From the human T2T-CHM13v2.0 reference genome, Homo sapiens, in the NCBI RefSeq assembly GCF_009914755.1, contig NC_060933.1: DNA of 64,000 nt, one strand, 5' to 3'. The position numbers and the translations under genes were made by a program. Within the stretch, counting starts at the first letter, position 1, and every line of letters begins with the position of its first letter. The notes under the pieces are model-generated. The model was not told where the DNA came from and searched no databases. It was given only the letters and a program-made list of their open reading frames with translations. Below, piece by piece: positions 1-14,669 of the stretch.

Positions 1-250
1 ATTCCATTCCATTCCATTCCATTCGATTCCATTCCATTCCAATTCTTTCCATTCCATTCTCTTCGGTACCATTCCATTCCATTCCATACCATTCCATTCC
101 ATTCCATTCCATTCCGTTCCTTTCCGTTCCATTCCATTCCATTCCATTCTATTCGGGTTAATTCCATTCCATTCCATTCCATTCCATTCTATTCCATTCC
201 ATTGCAATCGAGTTGAATCCATTGCATTCCATTCCATTCCATTCCATTCC

Positions 251-265
251 ATTCTGGAAGATTCC
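251..265. promoter_or_regulatory. Perfect three-unit heat-shock element (nTTCnnGAAnnTTCn); first of ~22 copies
   Basis: ATTCTGGAAGATTCC parses as aTTCt-gGAAg-aTTCc. Other copies start at ~3980, 4818, 7848, 8686, 11736, 12589, 14213, 15211, 16078, 17891, 19678, 20786, 26795, 30725, 34169, 36132, 37185, 39153, 41141, 42565 and 63517 (reverse). This is a motif match only; binding is not shown. Confidence 0.55.
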
Positions 266-1449
266 ATTCCATTGAATTCCATTCCATTCCATTCCCCTGC
301 ACTCGCGTTGATTCCATTCCATTCCATTCCATTCCATTCCGTTCCGTTCCGTTCCGTTCCGTTCCATTCCATTCCATTCCTTTCTATTCGGTTTAATTCC
401 ATTCCATTCCATTCCATTCCATTCCATTCCATTCCATTCCAATCAAGTTGATTCCATTCCATTCCATTCCGTTCCGTTCCATTCCATTCCATTCCATTCC
501 ATTCCATTCCATTCCATTCCGGATGATTCCATTCCATTGCATTCCGTTCCATTACATTCCCCTGCACTCGCGTTGATTCCATTCCATTCCATTCCATTCC
601 ATTCAATTCCATTCCATTACAATTCGTTCCATTCCATTCTATTCCGTACCATTCCATTCCATTCCATTCCAATCGAGTTGATTCCTTTCCATTCCATTCC
701 ATTCCATTCCACTCCATTCCAGTCCTTTCCATTCCATTCCACTCGGGGTGATTCCAATGTATTCCTTTCCATTCCATTCCATTCCATTGCAATCGAGTTG
801 ATTCCATTGCTTTGCATTCCATTCCATTCCATTCCATTCCGGATGATTCCATTCCATTGCATTCCATTCCATTCCATTCCCCTGCACTCGGGTTGATTCC
901 ATTCCATTCCATTCGATTGCAATCGAGTTGATTCCATTCCATTCCATTCCAATCCATGCCATTGCACTCGTGTTGATTCCATTCTTTCCATTCCATTCAA
1001 GTTGAATCCATTACATTGCATTCCATTCAATTCGATTCCATTCGATTGCACTCGGGTTGATTCCATGGCATTGCATTCCATTCCATTCCATTCCAATCCT
1101 TTCCATTCCATTCCATTCCATTCCATTCGGATTCATTCTATTCAATTCCCTTACACTCCATTACATTCCATTCCATTCGTGTAGTTTCCATTCCATTCCA
1201 TTCCATTCCTCTCCATTCCATTGCACTCGGGTTGATTCCATTCCATTCCATTCCATTCCATTCCATTCCATTCCATTCCATTCCGGATGATTCCATTCCA
1301 TTGAATTCCATTGCATTCCATTCCCCTGCACTTGGGTTGATTCTATTCCATTCCATTCCATTCCTTTCTTTTCCATTCCATTCCATTCCATTCCATTCTT
1401 TCGTGTTTATTCCATTCCATTCTATTCCATTCCATTCCATTGAAATCGA

Positions 1450-4400
1450 GTTGATTCCATTCCATTCCATTCCATTCCATTCCATTCCGGATGATTCCAT
1501 TCCATTCCATTGCATTCCATTCCATTCCATTCCATTCCATTTCGTTCCATTCCATTCTATTCCGTATCATTCCATTCCATTCCATTCCATTCCATTCCAT
1601 TCCATTCCATTGTACTCGGGTTGATTCAATTCCATTGCATTCCATTCCATTCCATTCCATTCCATTCAATTCCATTCCATTACAATTCGTTCCATTCCAT
1701 TCTATTCCGTACCATTCCATTCCATTCCATACCATTCCATTCCATTCCATTCCATTCCATTCCGTTCCATTCCGTTCCATTGCATTCCATTCCATTCTAT
1801 TCGGATTAATTCCATTCCATTCCATTCCATTCCATTCCATTCCATTCCGTTCCATTCCGTTCCGTTCCATTCCATTCCATTCCATTCCATTCCATTCCAT
1901 TCTGTTCCGTTCCATTCCATTCCATTCCATTCTATTCGGGTTAATTCCATTCCATTCCATTCGATTGCAATCGAGTTGATTCCATTCCATTCCATTGCTT
2001 TCCATTCCATTACGGATGATTCCATTCCATTGCATTCCATTCCATTCCATTCCCCTGTACTCGGGTTGATTCCATTCCATTCCATTCCAATCCATGCCAT
2101 TCCACTCGTGTTGATTCCATTCTTTCCATTCCATTCAAGTTGAATCCATTCCATTGCATTCCATTCCATTCGATTCCATTCGATTGCACTCGGGTTGATT
2201 CCATTCCATTACATTCCATTGCATTCCATTCCATTCCATTCCATTCCATTCCGTTCCATTCCATTCCATTACATTCGGATTGATTCTATTCAATTCCCTT
2301 ACACTCCATTACATTCCATTCCATTCGGGTAGTTTCCATTCCATTCCATTCCATTCCTCTCCATTCCATTGCACTTGGGTTGATTCGATTCCATTGCATT
2401 CCATTCCATTCCATTCAATTCCATTCCGTTCCATTCCATTCCATTACATTCGGATTGATTCTATTCAACTCCCTTACTCTCCATTACATTCCATTCCATT
2501 CGGGTTGTTCTATTCCATTCCATTCCATTCCACTCCATTCCATTGCACTCGGGTTGATTCCATTCCATTCCATTCCAATCCATGCCATTCCACTCGTGTT
2601 GATTCCATTCTTTCCATTCCATTCAAGTGGAATCCATTCCATTGCATTCCATTGCATTCCATTCCCCTGCAGTCGGTTTTTTTCCATTCCATTCCATTCC
2701 ATTCCATTCCATTCCATTCCATTCCGTTCCGTTCCGTTCCATTCCATTCCATTCCATTCTATTCGGGTTAATTCCATTTCATTCCATTCCATTCCATTCC
2801 ATTCCATTCCAATCGAGTTGATTCCATTCCATTCCATTCCATTCCATTCCACTCCATTCCAGTCCTTTCCATTCCATTCCACTCGGGTTGATTCCAATGT
2901 ATTCCTTTCCATTCCATTCCATTCCATTGCAATCTAGTTGATTCCATTGCTTTGCATTCCATTCCATTCCATTCCATTCCGGATGATTCCATTCCATTGC
3001 ATTCCATTCCATTCCATTCCCCTGCACTCGGGTTGATTCCATTCCATTCCACTCCATTCCGTTCCATTCCATTCCATTGCATTGTATTCGGGTTAATTCC
3101 ATTCCATTCCATTCCATTCCATTCCATTGCATTACAATCGAGTTGATTCCATTCCATTCCATACCATTCCAGTCCTTTCCATTCTATTCCTCTCGGGTTG
3201 ATTCCATTCTATTAGTTTCCATTCCATTCCATTCCCTTCCATTCCACTCTGGTTGATTCCATTCCTTTCCATTCCACTCGAATACATTCCCTCCTATTCC
3301 ACTCGGAACGATTCCATTCCATTCTATTCCATTCCATTCCATTCCATTCCATTCCATTCCATTTCGTTCCATTCCATTCTATTCCGTATCATTCCATTCC
3401 ATTCCATTCCATTCCATTCCATTCCATTCCATTCCATTGTACTCGGGTTGATTCAATTCCATTGCATTCCATTCCATTCCATTCCATTCCATTCCGTTGC
3501 ATTCCATTCCATTACATTCGGATTGATTCTATTCAACACCCTTACTCTCCATTACATTCCATTCCATTCGGGTTGTTCCATTCCATTCCATTACATTCCA
3601 CTCCATTCCATTGCACTCGGGTTGATTCCATTCCATTCCATTCCATTCCATTCCATTCCATTCCATTCCGGATGATTCCATTCCATTGCATTCCGTTCCA
3701 TTACATTCCCCTGCTCTCGCGTTGATTCCATTCCATTCCATTCCATTCCATTCCATTCCATTCCATTGTACTCGGGTTGATTCCATTCCATTGCATTCCA
3801 TTCCATTCCATACCATTCCATTCCATTCCTTTCCATTCCGTTCCATTCCGTTCCATTCCATTCCATTCCATTCTATTCGAATTAATTTCATTCCATTCCA
3901 TTCCATTCCATTCTATTCCATCCCATTGCAATCGAGTTGAATCCATTGCATTTCATTCCATTCCATTCCATTCCATTCCATTCTGGAAGATTCCATTCCA
4001 TTGCATTCCATTCCATTCCATTCCCCTGCACTCGCGTTGATTCCATTCCATTCCATTCCATTCCATTCCGTTCCGTTCCATTCCATTCCATTCCATTCCA
4101 TTCCGTTCCGTTCCATTTCATTCCATTCCATTCTATTCGGGTTAATTCCATTCCATTCCATTCGACTGCAATCGAGTTGATTCCATTCCATTCCATTCCA
4201 TTCCATTCCTTTCCATTCCATTCCATTCCATTCCTTTCCATTCCATTATGGATGATTCCATTCCATTGCATTCCATTCCATTCCATTCCCCTGTACTCGG
4301 GTTGATTCCATTCCATTCCATTCCAATCCATGCCATTCCACTCGTGTTGATTCCATTCTTTCCATTCCATTCAAGTTGAATCCATTCCATTGCATTCCAT

Positions 4401-7400
4401 TCAATTCGATTCCATTCGATTGCACTCGGGTTGATTCCATTCCATTGCATTCCATTCCATTCCTTTCCATTCCATTCCATTCCGTTCCATTCCATTCCTT
4501 TACATTCGGATTGATTCCATTCAATTCCCTTACACTCCATTACATTCCATTCCATTCGGGTAGTTTCCATTCCATTCCATTCCATTCCATTCCTCTCCAT
4601 TCCATTGCACTCGGGTTGATTCCATTCCATTGCATTCCATTCCATTCCATTCAATTCCATTCCGTTCCATTCCATTCCATTACATTCGGATTGATTCTAT
4701 TCAACTCCCTTACTCTCCGTTACATTCCATTCCATTCGGGTTGTTCCATTCCATTCCATTCCACTCCATTCCATTGCACTCGGGTTGATTCCATTCCATT
4801 CCATTCCATTCCATTCCATTCCGGAAGATTCCATTCCATTGCATTCCATTCCATTCCATTCCCCTGCACTCGCGTTGATTCCATTCCATTCCATTCCATT
4901 CCATTCCATTCCATTCCATTCCATTCCTTTCCGTTCCATTCCATTCCATTCCATTCCAATCCACTCCATTCCGTTCCGTTCCGTTCCGTTCCATTTCATT
5001 CCATTCCATTCTATTCGGGTTAATTCCATTCCATTCCATTCGATTGCAATCGAGTTGTTTCCATTCCATTCTATTCCATTCCATTCCATTCCATTCCATT
5101 CCATTCCATTCCTTTCCATTCCATTGCATTACGGATGATTCCATTCCATTGCATTCCATTCCATTCCATTCCCCTGTACTCGGGTTGATTCCATTCCATT
5201 CCATTCCAATCCATGCCATTCCACTCGTGTTGATTCCATTCTTTCCATTCCATTCAAGTTGAATCCATTCCATTGCATTCCATTCCATTCCATTCCCCTG
5301 CAGTCGGGTTGATTCCATTCCATTCCATTCCATTCCATTCCATTCCGGATGATTCCATTCCATTCCATTGCATTCCATTCCATTCCATTCCATTCCATTT
5401 CGTTCCATTCCATTCTATTCCGTATCATTCCATTCCATTCCATTCCATTCCATTCCATTCCATTCCATTGTACTCGGGTTGATTCAATTCCATTGCATTC
5501 CATTCCATTCCATTCCATTCCATTCAATTCCATTCCATTACAATTCGTTCCATTCCATTCTATTCCGTACCATTCCATTCCATTCCATACCATTCCATTC
5601 CATTCCATTCCATTCCATTCCGTTCCATTCCGTTCCATTGCATTCCATTCCATTCTATTCGGATTAATTCCATTCCATTCCATTCCATTCCATTCCATTC
5701 CATTCCATTCCGTTCCATTCCGTTCCGTTCCATTCCATTCCATTCCATTCCATTCCATTCCATTCCATTCTGTTCCGTTCCATTCCATTCCATTCCATTC
5801 TATTCGGGTTAATTCCATTCCATTCCATTCGATTGCAATCGAGTTGATTCCATTCCATTCCATTGCTTTCCATTCCATTACGGATGATTCCATTCCATTG
5901 CATTCCATTCCATTCCATTCCCCTGTACTCGGGTTGATTCCATTCCATTCCATTCCAATCCATGCCATTCCACTCGTGTTGATTCCATTCTTTCCATTCC
6001 ATTCAAGTTGAATCCATTCCATTGCATTCCATTCCATTCGATTCCATTCGATTGCACTCGGGTTGATTCCATTCCATTACATTCCATTGCATTCCATTCC
6101 ATTCCATTCCATTCCATTCCGTTCCATTCCATTCCATTACATTCGGATTGATTCTATTCAATTCCCTTACACTCCATTACATTCCATTCCATTCGGGTAG
6201 TTTCCATTCCATTCCATTCCATTCCTCTCCATTCCATTGCACTTGGGTTGATTCGATTCCATTGCATTCCATTCCATTCCATTCAATTCCATTCCGTTCC
6301 ATTCCATTCCATTACATTCGGATTGATTCTATTCAACTCCCTTACTCTCCATTACATTCCATTCCATTCGGGTTGTTCTATTCCATTCCATTGCATTCCA
6401 CTCCATTCCATTGCACTCGGGTTGATTCCATTCCATTCCATTCCAATCCATGCCATTCCACTCGTGTTGATTCCATTCTTTCCATTCCATTCAAGTGGAA
6501 TCCATTCCATTGCATTCCATTGCATTCCATTCCCCTGCAGTCGGTTTTTTTCCATTCCATTCCATTCCATTCCATTCCATTCCATTCCATTCCGTTCCGT
6601 TCCGTTCCATTCCATTCCATTCCATTCTATTCGGGTTAATTCCATTTCATTCCATTCCATTCCATTCCATTCCATTCCAATCGAGTTGATTCCATTCCAT
6701 TCCATTCCATTCCATTCCACTCCATTCCAGTCCTTTCCATTCCATTCCACTCGGGTTGATTCCAATGTATTCCTTTCCATTCCATTCCATTCCATTGCAA
6801 TCTAGTTGATTCCATTGCTTTGCATTCCATTCCATTCCATTCCATTCCGGATGATTCCATTCCATTGCATTCCATTCCATTCCATTCCCCTGCACTCGGG
6901 TTGATTCCATTCCATTCCACTCCATTCCGTTCCATTCCATTCCATTGCATTGTATTCGGGTTAATTCCATTCCATTCCATTCCATTCCATTCCATTGCAT
7001 TACAATCGAGTTGATTCCATTCCATTCCATACCATTCCAGTCCTTTCCATTCTATTCCTCTCGGGTTGATTCCATTCTATTAGTTTCCATTCCATTCCAT
7101 TCCCTTCCATTCCACTCTGGTTGATTCCATTCCTTTCCATTCCACTCGAATACATTCCCTCCTATTCCACTCGGAACGATTCCATTCCATTCTATTCCAT
7201 TCCATTCCATTCCATTCCATTCCATTCCATTTCGTTCCATTCCATTCTATTCCGTATCATTCCATTCCATTCCATTCCATTCCATTCCATTCCATTCCAT
7301 TCCATTGTACTCGGGTTGATTCAATTCCATTGCATTCCATTCCATTCCATTCCATTCCATTCCGTTGCATTCCATTCCATTACATTCGGATTGATTCTAT

Positions 7401-10400
7401 TCAACACCCTTACTCTCCATTACATTCCATTCCATTCGGGTTGTTCCATTCCATTCCATTACATTCCACTCCATTCCATTGCACTCGGGTTGATTCCATT
7501 CCATTCCATTCCATTCCATTCCATTCCATTCCATTCCGGATGATTCCATTCCATTGCATTCCGTTCCATTACATTCCCCTGCTCTCGCGTTGATTCCATT
7601 CCATTCCATTCCATTCCATTCCATTCCATTCCATTGTACTCGGGTTGATTCCATTCCATTGCATTCCATTCCATTCCATACCATTCCATTCCATTCCTTT
7701 CCATTCCGTTCCATTCCGTTCCATTCCATTCCATTCCATTCTATTCGAATTAATTTCATTCCATTCCATTCCATTCCATTCTATTCCATCCCATTGCAAT
7801 CGAGTTGAATCCATTGCATTTCATTCCATTCCATTCCATTCCATTCCATTCTGGAAGATTCCATTCCATTGCATTCCATTCCATTCCATTCCCCTGCACT
7901 CGCGTTGATTCCATTCCATTCCATTCCATTCCATTCCGTTCCGTTCCATTCCATTCCATTCCATTCCATTCCGTTCCGTTCCATTTCATTCCATTCCATT
8001 CTATTCGGGTTAATTCCATTCCATTCCATTCGACTGCAATCGAGTTGATTCCATTCCATTCCATTCCATTCCATTCCTTTCCATTCCATTCCATTCCATT
8101 CCTTTCCATTCCATTATGGATGATTCCATTCCATTGCATTCCATTCCATTCCATTCCCCTGTACTCGGGTTGATTCCATTCCATTCCATTCCAATCCATG
8201 CCATTCCACTCGTGTTGATTCCATTCTTTCCATTCCATTCAAGTTGAATCCATTCCATTGCATTCCATTCAATTCGATTCCATTCGATTGCACTCGGGTT
8301 GATTCCATTCCATTGCATTCCATTCCATTCCTTTCCATTCCATTCCATTCCGTTCCATTCCATTCCTTTACATTCGGATTGATTCCATTCAATTCCCTTA
8401 CACTCCATTACATTCCATTCCATTCGGGTAGTTTCCATTCCATTCCATTCCATTCCATTCCTCTCCATTCCATTGCACTCGGGTTGATTCCATTCCATTG
8501 CATTCCATTCCATTCCATTCAATTCCATTCCGTTCCATTCCATTCCATTACATTCGGATTGATTCTATTCAACTCCCTTACTCTCCGTTACATTCCATTC
8601 CATTCGGGTTGTTCCATTCCATTCCATTCCACTCCATTCCATTGCACTCGGGTTGATTCCATTCCATTCCATTCCATTCCATTCCATTCCGGAAGATTCC
8701 ATTCCATTGCATTCCATTCCATTCCATTCCCCTGCACTCGCGTTGATTCCATTCCATTCCATTCCATTCCATTCCATTCCATTCCATTCCATTCCTTTCC
8801 GTTCCATTCCATTCCATTCCATTCCAATCCACTCCATTCCGTTCCGTTCCGTTCCGTTCCATTTCATTCCATTCCATTCTATTCGGGTTAATTCCATTCC
8901 ATTCCATTCGATTGCAATCGAGTTGTTTCCATTCCATTCTATTCCATTCCATTCCATTCCATTCCATTCCATTCCATTCCTTTCCATTCCATTGCATTAC
9001 GGATGATTCCATTCCATTGCATTCCATTCCATTCCATTCCCCTGTACTCGGGTTGATTCCATTCCATTCCATTCCAATCCATGCCATTCCACTCGTGTTG
9101 ATTCCATTCTTTCCATTCCATTCAAGTTGAATCCATTCCATTGCATTCCATTCCATTCCATTCCCCTGCAGTCGGGTTGATTCCATTCCATTCCATTCCA
9201 TTCCATTCCATTCCGGATGATTCCATTCCATTCCATTGCATTCCATTCCATTCCATTCCATTCCATTTCGTTCCATTCCATTCTATTCCGTATCATTCCA
9301 TTCCATTCCATTCCATTCCATTCCATTCCATTCCATTGTACTCGGGTTGATTCAATTCCATTGCATTCCATTCCATTCCATTCCATTCCATTCAATTCCA
9401 TTCCATTACAATTCGTTCCATTCCATTCTATTCCGTACCATTCCATTCCATTCCATACCATTCCATTCCATTCCATTCCATTCCATTCCGTTCCATTCCG
9501 TTCCATTGCATTCCATTCCATTCTATTCGGATTAATTCCATTCCATTCCATTCCATTCCATTCCATTCCATTCCATTCCGTTCCATTCCGTTCCGTTCCA
9601 TTCCATTCCATTCCATTCCATTCCATTCCATTCCATTCTGTTCCGTTCCATTCCATTCCATTCCATTCTATTCGGGTTAATTCCATTCCATTCCATTCGA
9701 TTGCAATCGAGTTGATTCCATTCCATTCCATTGCTTTCCATTCCATTACGGATGATTCCATTCCATTGCATTCCATTCCATTCCATTCCCCTGTACTCGG
9801 GTTGATTCCATTCCATTCCATTCCAATCCATGCCATTCCACTCGTGTTGATTCCATTCTTTCCATTCCATTCAAGTTGAATCCATTCCATTGCATTCCAT
9901 TCCATTCGATTCCATTCGATTGCACTCGGGTTGATTCCATTCCATTACATTCCATTGCATTCCATTCCATTCCATTCCATTCCATTCCGTTCCATTCCAT
10001 TCCATTACATTCGGATTGATTCTATTCAATTCCCTTACACTCCATTACATTCCATTCCATTCGGGTAGTTTCCATTCCATTCCATTCCATTCCTCTCCAT
10101 TCCATTGCACTTGGGTTGATTCGATTCCATTGCATTCCATTCCATTCCATTCAATTCCATTCCGTTCCATTCCATTCCATTACATTCGGATTGATTCTAT
10201 TCAACTCCCTTACTCTCCATTACATTCCATTCCATTCGGGTTGTTCTATTCCATTCCATTGCATTCCACTCCATTCCATTGCACTCGGGTTGATTCCATT
10301 CCATTCCATTCCAATCCATGCCATTCCACTCGTGTTGATTCCATTCTTTCCATTCCATTCAAGTGGAATCCATTCCATTGCATTCCATTGCATTCCATTC

Positions 10401-13080
10401 CCCTGCAGTCGGTTTTTTTCCATTCCATTCCATTCCATTCCATTCCATTCCATTCCATTCCGTTCCGTTCCGTTCCATTCCATTCCATTCCATTCTATTC
10501 GGGTTAATTCCATTTCATTCCATTCCATTCCATTCCATTCCATTCCAATCGAGTTGATTCCATTCCATTCCATTCCATTCCATTCCACTCCATTCCAGTC
10601 CTTTCCATTCCATTCCACTCGGGTTGATTCCAATGTATTCCTTTCCATTCCATTCCATTCCATTGCAATCTAGTTGATTCCATTGCTTTGCATTCCATTC
10701 CATTCCATTCCATTCCGGATGATTCCATTCCATTGCATTCCATTCCATTCCATTCCCCTGCACTCGGGTTGATTCCATTCCATTCCACTCCATTCCGTTC
10801 CATTCCATTCCATTGCATTGTATTCGGGTTAATTCCATTCCATTCCATTCCATTCCATTCCATTGCATTACAATCGAGTTGATTCCATTCCATTCCATAC
10901 CATTCCAGTCCTTTCCATTCTATTCCTCTCGGGTTGATTCCATTCTATTAGTTTCCATTCCATTCCATTCCCTTCCATTCCACTCTGGTTGATTCCATTC
11001 CTTTCCATTCCACTCGAATACATTCCCTCCTATTCCACTCGGAACGATTCCATTCCATTCCATTCCATTCCATTCCATTCCATTCCATTCCATTCCATTC
11101 CATTTCGTTCCATTCCATTCTATTCCGTATCATTCCATTCCATTCCATTCCATTCCATTCCATTCCATTCCATTCCATTGTACTCGGGTTGATTCAATTC
11201 CATTGCATTCCATTCCATTCCATTCCATTCCATTCCGTTGCATTCCATTCCATTACATTCGGATTGATTCTATTCAACACCCTTACTCTCCATTACATTC
11301 CATTCCATTCGGGTTGTTCCATTCCATTCCATTACATTCCACTCCATTCCATTGCACTCGGGTTGATTCCATTCCATTCCATTCCATTCCATTCCATTCC
11401 ATTCCATTCCATTCCGGATGATTCCATTCCATTGCATTCCGTTCCATTACATTCCCCTGCTCTCGCGTTGATTCCATTCCATTCCATTCCATTCCATTCC
11501 ATTCCATTCCATTCCATTCCATTGTACTCGGGTTGATTCCATTCCATTGCATTCCATTCCATTCCATACCATTCCATTCCATTCCTTTCCATTCCGTTCC
11601 ATTCCGTTCCATTCCATTCCATTCCATTCTATTCGAATTAATTTCATTCCATTCCATTCCATTCCATTCTATTCCATCCCATTGCAATCGAGTTGAATCC
11701 ATTGCATTTCATTCCATTCCATTCCATTCCATTCCATTCTGGAAGATTCCATTCCATTGCATTCCATTCCATTCCATTCCCCTGCACTCGCGTTGATTCC
11801 ATTCCATTCCATTCCATTCCATTCCGTTCCGTTCCATTCCATTCCATTCCATTCCATTCCGTTCCGTTCCATTTCATTCCATTCCATTCTATTCGGGTTA
11901 ATTCCATTCCATTCCATTCGACTGCAATCGAGTTGATTCCATTCCATTCCATTCCATTCCATTCCTTTCCATTCCATTCCATTCCATTCCTTTCCATTCC
12001 ATTATGGATGATTCCATTCCATTGCATTCCATTCCATTCCATTCCCCTGTACTCGGGTTGATTCCATTCCATTCCATTCCAATCCATGCCATTCCACTCG
12101 TGTTGATTCCATTCTTTCCATTCCATTCAAGTTGAATCCATTCCATTGCATTCCATTCAATTCGATTCCATTCGATTGCACTCGGGTTGATTCCATTCCA
12201 TTGCATTCCATTCCATTCCTTTCCATTCCATTCCATTCCGTTCCATTCCATTCCTTTACATTCGGATTGATTCCATTCAATTCCCTTACACTCCATTACA
12301 TTCCATTCCATTCGGGTAGTTTCCATTCCATTCCATTCCATTCCATTCCTCTCCATTCCATTGCACTCGGGTTGATTCCATTCCATTGCATTCCATTCCA
12401 TTCCATTCAATTCCATTCCGTTCCATTCCATTCCATTACATTCGGATTGATTCTATTCAACTCCCTTACTCTCCGTTACATTCCATTCCATTCGGGTTGT
12501 TCCATTCCATTCCATTCCACTCCATTCCATTGCACTCGGGTTGATTCCATTCCATTCCATTCCATTCCATTCCATTCCATTCCATTCCATTCCGGAAGAT
12601 TCCATTCCATTGCATTCCATTCCATTCCATTCCCCTACACTCGCGTTGATTCCATTCCATTCCATTCCATTCCATTCCATTCCATTCCATTCCATTCCTT
12701 TCCGTTCCATTCCATTCCATTCCATTCCAATCCATTCCATTCCGTTCCGTTCCGTTCCGTTCCATTTCATTCCATTCCATTCTATTCGGGTTAATTCCAT
12801 TCCATTCCATTCGATTGCAATCGAGTTGTTTCCATTCCATTCTATTCCATTCCATTCCATTCCATTCCATTCCATTCCATTCCTTTCCATTCCATTGCAT
12901 TACGGATGATTCCATTCCATTGCATTCCATTCCATTCCATTCCCCTGTACTCGGGTTGATTCCATTCCATTCCATTCCAATCCATGCCATTCCACTCGTG
13001 TTGATTCCATTCTTTCCATTCCATTCAAGTTGAATCCATTCCATTGCATTCCATTCCATTCCATTCCCCTGCAGTCGGGT
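1450..13080 (+). repeat. Higher-order tandem repeat, 3,868-bp unit x3 (~1450-5308, ~5309-9176, ~9177-13080)
   Basis: Near-identical ORFs at 2280/6148/10016 and 3184/7052; landmark CGAATACATTCCCTCC at 3279/7147/11015; private T7 run at 2677/6545/10413. The third copy is ~35 bp longer through pentamer-count changes. Confidence 0.93.
3279..3310 (+). repeat. Landmark module CGAATACATTCCCTCCTATTCCACTCGGAACG (16 copies, a few with variants)
   Basis: Starts at 3279, 7147, 11015, 13656, 17160, 22705, 24746, 26054, 31816, 32885, 35271, 38292, 40265 and 41924; reverse copies at 62712-62743 and 63732-63763. Not seen between ~42 and ~62.7 kb. Confidence 0.85.
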
Positions 13081-14669
13081 TGATTCCATTCCATTCCATT
13101 CCATTCCATTCCATTCCATTCCGTTCCATTCCATTCCATTCCATTCCATTCTATTCGGGTTAATTCCATTCCATTCTATTCCATTCCATTCCAATCGAGT
13201 TGATTCCATTCCATTCCATTCCATTCCATTCCACTCCATTCCAGTCCTTTCCATTCCATTCCACTCGGGTTGATTCCAATATATTCCTTTCCATTCCATT
13301 CCATTCCATTGCAATCGAGTTGATTCCATTGCTTTGCATTCCATTCCATTCCATTCCATTCCGGATGATTCCATTCCATTGTATTCCATTCCATTCCATT
13401 CCCCTACACTCGGGTTGATTCCATTCCATTCCACTCCATTCCGTTCCATTCCATTCCATTCCATTGTATTCAGGTTAATTCCATTCCATTCCATTCCATT
13501 CCATTCCATTACAATCGAGTTGATTCCATTCCATTCCATTGCATTCGAGTCCTTTCCATTCCATTCCACTCGGGTTGATTCCATTCTATTAGTTTCCATT
13601 CCATTCCATTCCCTTCCATTCCACTCTGGTTGATACCATTCCTTTCCATTCCACTCGAATACATTCCCTCCTATTCCACTCGGAACGATTCCATTCCATT
13701 CCATTCCATTCCATTCCATTCCATTCCATTTCGTTCCATTCCATTCTATTCCGTATCATTCCATTCCATTCCATTCCATTCCATTCCATTCCATTCCATT
13801 CCATTGTACTCGGGTTGATTCAATTCCATTGCATTCCATTCCATTCCATTCCATTCCATTCCATTCCGTTGCATTCCATTCCATTACATTCGGATTCATT
13901 CTATTCAATTCCCTTACTCTCCATTACATTCCATTGCACTCGGGTTGATTCCATTCCATTCCATTCCATTCCATTCCATTCCATTCCATTCCGGATGATT
14001 CCATTCCATTGCATTCCATTCCATTACATTCCCCTGCACTCGCGTTGATTCCATTCCATTCCATTCCATTCCATTCCATTCCGTTCCGTTCTGTTCCGTT
14101 CCATTCCATTCCATTCTCTTCGGATTAATTCCATTCCATTCCATTCCATTCCATTCTATTCCATTCCATTGCAATCGAGTTGAATCCATTGCATTTCATT
14201 CCATTCCATTCCATTCTGGAAGATTCCATTCCATTGCTTTCCATTCCATTCCATTCCCCTGCACTCGCGTTGATTCCATTCCATTCCATTCCATTCCATT
14301 CCATTCCGTTCCGTTCCGTTCCATTCCATTCCATTCCATTCCATTCCGTTCCGTTCCATTCCATTCCATTCCATTCCATTCTATTCGGGTTAATTCCATT
14401 CCATTCCATTCGATTGCAATCGAGTTGATTCCATTCCATTCCATTCCATTCCATTCCATTCCATTCCATTCCATTCCTTTCCATTCCATTACGGATGATT
14501 ACATTGCATTGCATTCCATTCCATTCCATTCCCCTGTACTCGGGTTGATTCCATTCCATTCCATTCCAATCCATGCCATTCCACTCGTGTTGATTCCATT
14601 CTTTCCATTCCATTCAACTTGAATCCATTCCATTGCATTCCATTCCTTTCGATTCCATTCTGTTGCACT

